From Ignavibacteriales bacterium (lineage in GTDB: Bacteria; Bacteroidota; Ignavibacteria; UBA10030; UBA6906): 64,000 bases of DNA. A program made the translations under genes and the position numbers. The DNA is taken from contig JBBIRR010000001.1 of NCBI GenBank assembly GCA_037441705.1, positions 160,001-224,000 on the forward strand, read 5' to 3'. A model generated the notes under the pieces. The model was not told where the DNA came from, did no database searches, and worked only from the letters and a program-made list of their open reading frames with translations. Positions 19,434-27,983 of this stretch are shown piece after piece. Numbering within the stretch: position 1 is the first letter of the stretch; each line of letters begins with the position of its first letter.

Positions 19434-22109
19434 TCATCGAACGAGAACAAGCTTACGTGTGGCAACGAAACTGCCTGCTCGGAGACGATAGTAGTATACA
19501 CCGCTGGCAAGCCCGTCACCATGAAAAACCACTTGATGATACCCGGCTTCCTGATGCTGCGCCACGAGGCGTGCCACCTCACGGCCGAGGCCATCATAGA
19601 CAACCAGCGAAACGACGCTTGCGCGCGGCAGACCGAACCGAATGAGCGTTGTCGGGTTTGCCGGATTGGGATAGTTTTGCAGCAGTTCGAATGCCTTCGG
19701 TGTTTCTGCAGCCTCGGCCACGTCAGTCAGATGAACACGAAAGTTCCGCACCTCACCGAACTGGCCCCATCCTGCTTCGTTCCTCGCTCGCACCCTCCAC
19801 CAATAACTTCTCGAGTTGGCAAGTTGCCGCGCAGTCGTTGTCGTATCAACCAGCAAGGAGTCGACAAGCGGCGAAGAGAAGAGCGAGTCTGTGGCCAGTT
19901 CAAGCCAGTAGCGCACAACGTCCGGCCGACTTTGACGCCAGATGAGACGGACCGTGTCCGTACCGATCAGCGCATTGGGCGCAGGCGAAACCAGCGCCAC
20001 CGGCTCGGGCAGCTGAACGAGCGTCCGGAAACTCCAGCGATCCGACCACGGACTTGTCCCACCGGCGTTCGTTGCATTAACCCTCCAGTAGTACCACTGG
20101 CCGCGCTGCAATCCTGCAACCGTGCGAGCTGTGTCGCTCAACGTGGAGTCATCGACCTCGAGCGCCGTGAACAGCGAATCGGCCGCCACCTGAAGGCGAT
20201 ACCGATCAGCCTCCGCGCTTCGATGCCAGACGACAGGAAGCGTCGTCGGGTGACCGACAGAGAGATTGGCCGGTGAAAGCAATTGCGGCGCAAGGGGCGC
20301 TGCAAGGACGGTCATGAAATTCCACCACGGACTGAATTCTCCCCACCCCATATCGTTCCTCGCACGTGCGCGCCAGTAGTAGCGCGTGTTGTTCGCCAGT
20401 TGGCTCACAGTCGTGGTCGTGTCGGTGAGAGATGTATCTCGCACGGCAGGCTGCGCGCTCGTGTCGGTTGAAAGCTCAAACCAGTATCCGCTTACGTTCA
20501 TTGGTCCATCACTCTCCCACCATAGTTTTTTTGTTGGTGAAATGACGGACGTTTGGTCCGCGCCGCGATGCCACATGAACGTCACGCTCGTCGGCTGGTT
20601 CAGAGCATTGTTGGGAGGGCTGAGCAAAGCAACCTGCATCGGAACGCCAAGCGTCTTGAAGCTCCGCCATGGAGAAAACGCGCTGGTGCCCGCGCCGTTC
20701 CTCGCATTCACCTTCCAATAGTACCACGTCAACGGCTGAAGATTCTCCAGTTGATAGGTCGTGTCGGTGATCAGCGAATCATTGACAACGAGTTGGATGA
20801 ACGACGTGTCGAGTGCAACCAGCACGCCATAGCTCGAGGCGGTGGACGACGTGCGCCAGAGAAGTGCTGTTGACGGTGGGTGACCGACGGACCCATTCAG
20901 CGGCGACACAAGCTCCGGGGCACTCGGCGGCAGAATCGGAACGCTGTCCAGCGGATTGAAGAAGTTCCCCGTCTGCAGGAACAGGGTGAGCGTTCTGAGG
21001 CTCCAGTTGTAGTAGTTGCCGTTCACAAAGGGCGGGACGGTTGCGACGTTATCGTCGTAGGCCGAATCGCAAAATGCCTGATACGCCGGAGTGGTCCCCA
21101 TCGAGCCGGCGGCAAACGGCCCGACGAACACGTTGATGTGCTGCTGCCCGATGGGAGTGCCGTCAAGGTAGTATCCCTCGCGGATATTGACTGAACCAAT
21201 CCCGCGTGCGAAGTCGGATATTTTTTGCAGGAACACTCTCGCCCGGTTGTCGCCAAACCACACGTAGTCAACGGCAATGCGCCAGGGCGTGCGGGTCGCG
21301 TCGTAGTAATAATAGTAGGCGAACCCGGGTGCCGGCTGCCCGCTCGCCTGACACCAGTCGGGCACGAGACCGGTGTTGACATGCGCGGCGCGCTGGAGAA
21401 TCTCATAACACTTCGTCACAACGCTATCCCATCCCGGATTGCCCGTGACGGCACGAAAGGCTCGATAGTACGCAGGAGCAAAGTAGGATGGATTGAGAAC
21501 GTGCGACCCGCCCCAGTAATCGCCGGGCTTCAGCACGTACGTGTTGGGTTCAACTTCGTACTGGTAGATGCGATTGATTTGGGTGATTGCATGCTGAAGA
21601 TAATTGATCGCGCCGGTACTGCCCCACTGCTTATGTGCCAGCAGCAAAGCAAAGGCAGCATCTTCATCGGCGTCGGTTGCTCCGCCATCACCCAGAATCT
21701 GACCGCAATTACTGCCGATCCACCAGTGCATCATGCCGCGCGGGTCCATGTGCGCCATGTAGTAACGCCACAGATCATCGAACAACGCGCGATCGTTGTA
21801 GTTCACCGACAGCAGCATGCCGTAGGCAATCCCCTCCGAGTACGTCGAACTCATATCATTGAAGAGCACGCGGCGGTACCCGCATGCCCCGCTGGTGGTC
21901 ACATAGTTGTTTTTCCAGGCAAGGTACGACGATTCGGCAGGAACATGGCTTCGCGCGGTGGGCATGATGCCGTACGGGTACGTGGTGTTCTGGGGAAAGG
22001 GGTATCGCGCCTGCGCGTGTGCCGGCTCTACAGCGATGAAGCAGAGAAGCACAGCCTTGCATGCCGCAAGCAGTATTACGTCCGACGCGCGCGTAGGTTC
22101 ACCTCTCAT
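19434..22109 (-). CDS. Secreted GH8 hydrolase with fibronectin-III-like repeats and T9SS C-terminal domain
   Basis: Signal peptide (AHA-Q); GH8 motifs YSEGIAYGMLL, ATDADEDAAFALL, YYYDATRTPWR; four P.LxSP.N...YYWRV.A.N..G...S...F repeats; CTD LLQNYPNPANPTT.IRF...GVYYYRL...KLVLVR. Confidence 0.9.
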   Translation of the reverse strand: MRGEPTRASDVILLAACKAVLLCFIAVEPAHAQARYPFPQNTTYPYGIMPTARSHVPAESSYLAWKNNYVTTSGACGYRRVLFNDMSSTYSEGIAYGMLLSVNYNDRALFDDLWRYYMAHMDPRGMMHWWIGSNCGQILGDGGATDADEDAAFALLLAHKQWGSTGAINYLQHAITQINRIYQYEVEPNTYVLKPGDYWGGSHVLNPSYFAPAYYRAFRAVTGNPGWDSVVTKCYEILQRAAHVNTGLVPDWCQASGQPAPGFAYYYYYDATRTPWRIAVDYVWFGDNRARVFLQKISDFARGIGSVNIREGYYLDGTPIGQQHINVFVGPFAAGSMGTTPAYQAFCDSAYDDNVATVPPFVNGNYYNWSLRTLTLFLQTGNFFNPLDSVPILPPSAPELVSPLNGSVGHPPSTALLWRTSSTASSYGVLVALDTSFIQLVVNDSLITDTTYQLENLQPLTWYYWKVNARNGAGTSAFSPWRSFKTLGVPMQVALLSPPNNALNQPTSVTFMWHRGADQTSVISPTKKLWWESDGPMNVSGYWFELSTDTSAQPAVRDTSLTDTTTTVSQLANNTRYYWRARARNDMGWGEFSPWWNFMTVLAAPLAPQLLSPANLSVGHPTTLPVVWHRSAEADRYRLQVAADSLFTALEVDDSTLSDTARTVAGLQRGQWYYWRVNATNAGGTSPWSDRWSFRTLVQLPEPVALVSPAPNALIGTDTVRLIWRQSRPDVVRYWLELATDSLFSSPLVDSLLVDTTTTARQLANSRSYWWRVRARNEAGWGQFGEVRNFRVHLTDVAEAAETPKAFELLQNYPNPANPTTLIRFGLPRASVVSLVVYDGLGREVARLVAQHQEAGYHQVVFHGDGLASGVYYYRLRAGSFVATRKLVLVR

Positions 22110-22253
22110 TCGTGATTGTGTACAATGCCGGCGAGTGTGGGAAAATCATCGGCTGCAACCGGCACAGGACCCCTCAATGCAGTGACCGTCTCGGAGGGAA
22201 TATACGTGAGTCCATCACCGTAGTCAAGTTTCTGCGCTGCGAACGCTCGGCCC

Positions 22254-23432
22254 TTACGGGCGTGGATTTCGTGGCCTAAATTCAGCGACGCGCTTGCGAG
22301 AAAAGCCGAAGGAATTCTTGATGATGGCCACGATTCGCTGTGCCGCTTTCCCATCGCCGTAGGGGTTGACAGCGTTTGCCATCCTGCGGTACTCACGCTG
22401 ATCGTTCAGCAGTACAGTTGCTGCGCGGAAAATTCGCTCTTCGTTCAGCCCTACCAGACGTGCCGTACCGAATTGAATGGCCTCAGGACGCTCTGTCACC
22501 TCTCTCAGCACCAGCACCGGCTTTCCCAGCGCCGGCGCCTCTTCCTGTATCCCGCCTGAATCGGTGATGATCAGATGAGCCTTCGCCATGAGATGGATGA
22601 ATTCCAGATAGCCCAACGGCTCCAGAAGGCAGACGTTGGAGAGGCCGCCGAGAATCGGAACAACAACCTCGCGCACGACCGGATTGAGATGAACCGGAAA
22701 GACGAAGAGGTCCTCCGGATGACGCGACGCGAGCTTTTTCACTGCACGGCATGCGCCGCGCATCGGTTCCCCCCAATTCTCACGCCGGTGCATGGTCAAG
22801 AGAACAATCCGACGCGGCAATTGCATGATACGTGCAACGGTCCGTGCATGCGGCTTGAAGGGCCGTTGAAGCGCAATCCGTAGCGCGTCGATGACAGTAT
22901 TGCCGGTGACAAAAATCCGCTCGGGTGGATAATGCTCGGCGAGCAGTGCGTCCTTTGCCGCTTGCGTCGGGGCGAAGTGCAGGTCGGTCACCGAACTTGT
23001 AAGCCTGCGGTTGATTTCTTCCGGAAACGGATGCGCCTTGTCGTTCGTTCGTAAGCCGGCCTCAACATGTCCAACGGGAATGCGGCGATAGAAGGCCGCC
23101 AGGCTTCCCACGAACGTCGTGGTCGTATCCCCCTGGACGAGAACCATGTCCGGCTGTTCCTTTTCCAGAACGGCATCCAGGGCCGACATCGTTCTGCTGG
23201 TGAGCGTCGCAAGAGATTGCCGCGGCTGCATCAGGTTCAAATCGTGTTCGGGCCTGATGGCAAATACGTCCAACACCTGATCAAGCATGTGGCGGTGCTG
23301 CGCGGTCGCAATCGTTACCACACGAAACAACCGCGCTTGGTTCCTGAGGGCGAGAATGACGGGAGCTAATTTGATGGTATCCGGGCGCGTGCCGAAAATG
23401 ACTGCAATGCGTTTGCGCTGTTTCCGTTTCAT
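22254..23432 (-). CDS. wecB: UDP-N-acetylglucosamine 2-epimerase (non-hydrolysing)
   Basis: FGTRPD.IKLAP, QHR.MLDQ, VQGDTTT, HVEAGLRT, FPEEINR, HRREN, TDSGGIQEEAP, TERPE, NPYGDG. Confidence 0.96.
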   Translation of the reverse strand: MKRKQRKRIAVIFGTRPDTIKLAPVILALRNQARLFRVVTIATAQHRHMLDQVLDVFAIRPEHDLNLMQPRQSLATLTSRTMSALDAVLEKEQPDMVLVQGDTTTTFVGSLAAFYRRIPVGHVEAGLRTNDKAHPFPEEINRRLTSSVTDLHFAPTQAAKDALLAEHYPPERIFVTGNTVIDALRIALQRPFKPHARTVARIMQLPRRIVLLTMHRRENWGEPMRGACRAVKKLASRHPEDLFVFPVHLNPVVREVVVPILGGLSNVCLLEPLGYLEFIHLMAKAHLIITDSGGIQEEAPALGKPVLVLREVTERPEAIQFGTARLVGLNEERIFRAATVLLNDQREYRRMANAVNPYGDGKAAQRIVAIIKNSFGFSRKRVAEFRPRNPRP

Positions 23433-23511
23433 GAGGTTCCGAGAGTATCCAGGCGCGGACACCAAGAAAGTACGTAATTCGGCAACGTCTTCCAACGCTC
23501 TGTGTGCTCTC

Positions 23512-23538
23512 TGGTTGAAATGATGGTTGAAATGATGG
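23512..23538. promoter_or_regulatory. 12-bp direct repeat in the divergent promoter region
   Basis: tggttgaaatga twice (23512-23523, 23524-23535) plus tgg, between wecB and the sensor kinase; function unproven. Confidence 0.3.
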
Positions 23539-23607
23539 GTCAATTTCTCTACATTGGCTCGGCGCTCTCCCCTGCCTCGTATTTAATTCGTCGTCCAGGT
23601 ACCGACC

Positions 23608-25695
23608 ATGCGTCACAGGACAACCAAGCCTCCCCTCAAAATTGCACTGACATACGCAATCGTGGCCAGCCTCTACATCATGATCTCCGACAAGCTCGCC
23701 GGCACACTCGCCTCCACGACCGAAGCGCTCACCGGGATCTCCCAAATCAAAGGACTGATGTTTGTCGCCCTCACCAGCCTGATGCTCTACCTGATGGTCC
23801 GGCGACTTACCAACGCCCAGCACCGCGTTCAAGAGGAATTGGTGAAGAGCAACGAACGCCTCGCGCTTATCACCTCAACGACGCCGGTCTTTCTTTTTGA
23901 GATTGATCGAACAGGAACCATCCTTCACGCAACGAAGCCGTTCCAAGGAATACCGACGACGGATATCCTCAGCACGAACTTTTTCTCGTTCCTCCCCGAG
24001 CATCGGCGCGGAGCGCTCGCCGCGGTTATCGAAGCGACGTGCGCCACAGCGACAGCGCAGTCGTTCGAGTACACGACACGGACAGACGGACAGGAGCCGA
24101 GAACCTTTTCTCTGACGATTGCCCCACTTCATCACAGCAACAACTCGCCTCACCTGCTGGTGACCGTCCACGACATCACCGACCAGAAACAGAAAGAGGA
24201 TGCACTCCGACAATCGCATCAACGCTTCGAGTTAGTTTCCCGCGCCTCCAACGACACCATCTGGGATTGGGATATCGTCTCGGGCAAGCTCTGGGTCAGC
24301 GACGCGTTCTTTCAAAAATACGGCTATCCCCGAACCGCATCGCTGACGCTCAGTGATTGGGATTCACACATCCATCCGGAGGATCGCGAGCGCGTGGTGA
24401 AAAGCCGGCTCACCGCGGTGCAGCAGAGAGCAACTTCGTGGGAGGAAGAATTCCGCTTCGTGCATGCGAACGGATCAACCAGTTACGTTGTGGATCGCGG
24501 GTTTCTCGTGTTCGACGATCAGGGCACGCCGGTGCGGATGATCTGCTCCATGGTGGATGTGACAACGTTGAAGCTCGCAGAGCTGGACCAGCGGTACTTA
24601 GCGGAAGAGCGGCAAAAGCTGCTGCATCAATTGCGCCTGCAGTTCGAGCGCATGCCGATCGGGTACGTCCTGGCCGACAGAAACTTCCGCATCGTCGAGT
24701 GGAATCCTTCCTGTGAGAAAATCTTCGGCTACACACGCGCGGAGGTGATCGGGCGGTCACCGTTCGATGTTGTGATCCCCTCCGTGCTCAAGCCCTTCAT
24801 TCATGAGTTCATCGAACGGCTCAAGACGGGAAAAGAGACGCTGACCGCCATCAACGAAAATCTCACGAAAGACGGACGTACGATCCTGTGCGAATGGTTC
24901 GACACGCCGCTGTTTGACGAGTACGGTAACTACACCGGCATGATCGCGATGGTGCAGGATATTACCGAGCGTCGGCATGCAGAGGAGGAGCTGAAGAAAT
25001 CGAACATTCAGTTACGCAACCTTTCGGCCTACTTGCAGACGGTTCGCGAGCAGGAACGTAAACACATCGCGCGCGAGATACACGATGAACTGGGCCAGGA
25101 ACTGACGGCGCTGAAGATGCAGGCAGCACTGATGCAGAAAGCGATCGCCAAGCTGGATGCAGCCGCGCCGAAGTCCGAACTTCTGGACCTCACGCACTCG
25201 CTCACCGTCATGGCCGACACGGCGATCAAGACCGTTCGCCGCATCGCGACAGAGCTGCGCCCCGATGTGCTGGACAAAGTGGGGCTGATCGACGCGCTGA
25301 AATGGCAGGCGCAGGAGTTCGAGAAGCGAACCGGCGTCCAGTGCATCTTTCGCTCGCGCGTGGACGAGTGGGACTTCCCCGACGACGTGGCAACGGCGCT
25401 CTTTCGGATTTTTCAGGAGGCACTCACCAACGTCTCGCGCCACGCTCGCGCAACGCGCGTTGCCGCCGAGCTTTCGCTGCGCGAGGATTGGGTGGACTTC
25501 CGCGTGGAAGATAACGGCCGAGGCATCAGCAAAGAACAGATCGAGAACACGTCGTCGCTCGGACTGATCGGCCTCGTCGAGCGCGCAAAACTCCTGGGCG
25601 GAACCGCCACGATTGTCGGCGTGCCTGGCGCGGGCACCACCATCAACGTGCATATTCCTCTCCCATCATCGAACGCGGAGAACGGACAGTCATGA
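23608..25695 (+). CDS. Membrane PAS-domain sensor histidine kinase (HisKA_3, NarX/UhpB type)
   Basis: Two N-terminal TM segments, three PAS domains, ERKHIAREIHDELGQ.LT, FRIFQEALTNV.RH, VEDNGRG, SLGL.G..ER. Confidence 0.93.
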   Translation: MRHRTTKPPLKIALTYAIVASLYIMISDKLAGTLASTTEALTGISQIKGLMFVALTSLMLYLMVRRLTNAQHRVQEELVKSNERLALITSTTPVFLFEIDRTGTILHATKPFQGIPTTDILSTNFFSFLPEHRRGALAAVIEATCATATAQSFEYTTRTDGQEPRTFSLTIAPLHHSNNSPHLLVTVHDITDQKQKEDALRQSHQRFELVSRASNDTIWDWDIVSGKLWVSDAFFQKYGYPRTASLTLSDWDSHIHPEDRERVVKSRLTAVQQRATSWEEEFRFVHANGSTSYVVDRGFLVFDDQGTPVRMICSMVDVTTLKLAELDQRYLAEERQKLLHQLRLQFERMPIGYVLADRNFRIVEWNPSCEKIFGYTRAEVIGRSPFDVVIPSVLKPFIHEFIERLKTGKETLTAINENLTKDGRTILCEWFDTPLFDEYGNYTGMIAMVQDITERRHAEEELKKSNIQLRNLSAYLQTVREQERKHIAREIHDELGQELTALKMQAALMQKAIAKLDAAAPKSELLDLTHSLTVMADTAIKTVRRIATELRPDVLDKVGLIDALKWQAQEFEKRTGVQCIFRSRVDEWDFPDDVATALFRIFQEALTNVSRHARATRVAAELSLREDWVDFRVEDNGRGISKEQIENTSSLGLIGLVERAKLLGGTATIVGVPGAGTTINVHIPLPSSNAENGQS

Positions 25696-26324
25696 TCAAA
25701 ATCCTCATCGCCGACGACCATCCGATGGTTCGGGAGGGGCTGAAGAAGACGCTGAGCGAGGAACCGGATATCCACCTGCTGGGCGAGGCACGCAACGCAC
25801 AGGAAACGCGCGCGCTGGTTGCCGAACATGACGCCGATGTGCTGGTGCTGGATATCTCGATGCCCGGCACAAGCGGCCTTTCGCTCCTGCAGGACGTCCT
25901 GCGCATGAAGAACGACCTGCGTGTGCTGATCCTGAGCATGCACCCCGAGGAACGCTTTGCCATCCGCGCACTCAAGGAAGGCGCCTCCGGTTATCTCACG
26001 AAAGAATCCGCGCCGGAGGAACTTGCGCGGGCAATCCGCAAAATTGCCGCCGGCCGACGCTACATCAGTCCCACACTTGCCGAGAAGCTCGTCGAAGAGC
26101 TTCAGTCGGATAGCACCGCTCTTCCTCATGAACTCCTCTCCGAGCGCGAGTACGAAATCTTCCTCATGATTGCCGGCGGCAAAACCGTAAGCGCTATCGC
26201 GGAGGAACTCTCGTTGAGCGTTGCGACCGTGAGCACACATCGCCGACGCATCCTCGAGAAAATGAACCTTTCGAACAACGCAGAAATCGTGCAATACGCT
26301 TACGCCAACAAGCTGATGCAGTAA
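25692..26324 (+). CDS. NarL-family response regulator
   Basis: ILIADDHPMVREG, LDISMPG, LSMH, GASGYLTK, LSEREYEIF..IA.GK; ATGA overlap with the kinase. Confidence 0.95.
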   Translation: MIKILIADDHPMVREGLKKTLSEEPDIHLLGEARNAQETRALVAEHDADVLVLDISMPGTSGLSLLQDVLRMKNDLRVLILSMHPEERFAIRALKEGASGYLTKESAPEELARAIRKIAAGRRYISPTLAEKLVEELQSDSTALPHELLSEREYEIFLMIAGGKTVSAIAEELSLSVATVSTHRRRILEKMNLSNNAEIVQYAYANKLMQ

Positions 26325-26380
26325 GACCCGCCGCAACACGTCACCCCTGTTGGTTCCTTCTGCTGCAACGAGTTATCAGC

Positions 26381-26404
26381 GAAAGTATGACAGTACTTTC
26401 ATAC
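26381..26404. promoter_or_regulatory. Overlapping inverted repeats, candidate regulator-binding site
   Basis: gaaagta(26381-87)/tactttc(26394-400) and gtatga(26385-90)/tcatac(26399-404) in the 456-bp intergenic region. Confidence 0.3.
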
Positions 26405-26780
26405 CCCCGCGAATTTTGCTTCCGTGTGTTCCATCGTATCTTTCTGTTGCCATCATCCGCGTCCGGGAGACCGCCGCGGCCCCCCGATGATGCGCAACAA
26501 AACAGTCAGGGAGAGAAAAATCTTTGCAACACAACAAGCAGCACAACACACAGGGACGAGACGGGGCCGCGCGCGCGGTTCGTATGAAGAGAATAGGTAA
26601 ACTCTGTCCTCCGTTCGATGCCTCGTACACAATCCTGAGCCGCACGGAAGCATTGTGCAGGAACGGAGCGGCCCTCTGGTTCCTCGCGCAGAGAGCAAGC
26701 AGCTCTACACAACGTCCTTCACGCAGCTTGCTCATTCCGCCCTTCCCGCCAGAAACACCATGCACGCGTAAGGAGGGGCA

Positions 26781-27983
26781 GTGAAAGACGCACGCATTCT
26801 GATTGTGGAAAACGAAGCACCTCATGCCATGGACCTGAAGTACCGCGTCGAAACGCTCGGTTACCATGTGCTGGGGATTGTGGACACCGGAGAGAAAGCC
26901 GTTGATTTTGTCAAACGCTATCGCCCCGATTTGATTCTCATGGATGTCGGGCTGAATAGCGCAATGGATGGGGTTGCGACCGCGGCGGAAATCTGGAAGA
27001 AGACCAGGACGCCGTTCGTGTACATCACCGCGTATTCGGAAGAATCCATCGCGACCCGAACGGATGCCGTCGAGCCTTACGGTCTTGTCGGCAAGCCGTT
27101 TCATGATCGGGAGCTGCAGACGGCCATCGAAGTGGCGCTCTACAAGGCCGCGGTCGAAGCGTCGGTGCGCCGACGCGAACGGGAGCTTGAGACGATTCTC
27201 AACAGCATGCGCGACGGCGCGATCATCGTTGATCGGCACTCGCGTATTCGCTACATGAATCCCATTGCAGAACTCCTGACGGGTTGGAAAGCGAGCGAAG
27301 CAAACGGGCGCGAGCTTAGCAGCGTGCTGCGTCCGGCAGGGACGGACACGAAACAGGAGTTGTCCATCTGTCTCGGCATCGTCCTTCGTGAAGGCGGCGG
27401 CTTGACCGTCTCCAACATCGAGTTGCTGACAAAGGATGATGCGCCCATCGTTGTGGATGCGGCGATCGCCGTGGTGCAGAATGCAACGGGCGAACTCGAA
27501 GGAGCGGCAGTGCTCCTCCAGGACGCTTCACCGCGCCTGCGTGCCGAGCGGGAGTTGGAGATGCAGCGCGCGTTCTTCCGCCAATTGTTCGAGAAGTCAC
27601 CCCTGGCCATTGCCATTCTCGATCGCAACGATCGCTTCGTCGACATCAACCCGGCGTTCACCGAACTGTTTCAGTACACGCCGTCGGATGTCCGGGGGAA
27701 ATGTATTGCTGATCTGCTTGTCCCGCCGGAATCCGCGAGCGAGTGGATGAACTACTCCCGTATGGTTCATGACAAAGAACGAGTGACCGCCACAGGATTA
27801 CGTCGGCGGAAAGACGGAGGCATCGTTCCAGTTTCCATACATGCGATCCCCATTATGCTTTCGGACGACTCGATCGGCGTGTATGCAATTTACGGGAATG
27901 CCTCAGGGCAGGACCTCGACGCGGCCTCGCCCTCTCGCGTTCTTACGCAGACATCACCAGAAACCATGAACGAAAGCGTATGA
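26781..27983 (+). CDS. Response regulator: REC plus two PAS domains, no output domain
   Basis: ILIVENE, PDLILMDV, PFVYITAYS, PYGLVGKPF; two PAS domains; AGGAGG RBS before GTG. Confidence 0.88.
   Translation: MKDARILIVENEAPHAMDLKYRVETLGYHVLGIVDTGEKAVDFVKRYRPDLILMDVGLNSAMDGVATAAEIWKKTRTPFVYITAYSEESIATRTDAVEPYGLVGKPFHDRELQTAIEVALYKAAVEASVRRRERELETILNSMRDGAIIVDRHSRIRYMNPIAELLTGWKASEANGRELSSVLRPAGTDTKQELSICLGIVLREGGGLTVSNIELLTKDDAPIVVDAAIAVVQNATGELEGAAVLLQDASPRLRAERELEMQRAFFRQLFEKSPLAIAILDRNDRFVDINPAFTELFQYTPSDVRGKCIADLLVPPESASEWMNYSRMVHDKERVTATGLRRRKDGGIVPVSIHAIPIMLSDDSIGVYAIYGNASGQDLDAASPSRVLTQTSPETMNESV

Noticed and set aside
1052-23432. tRNA-anchored genomic island carrying the glycan locus
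   Set aside because: The locus lies on the 5' side of the tRNA, no integrase is present, and I saw no duplicated tRNA 3' end.
25012-27239. Minus-strand ORFs of 213-308 aa over the two-component genes
   Set aside because: Shadow frames of well-supported plus-strand kinase and regulator genes.
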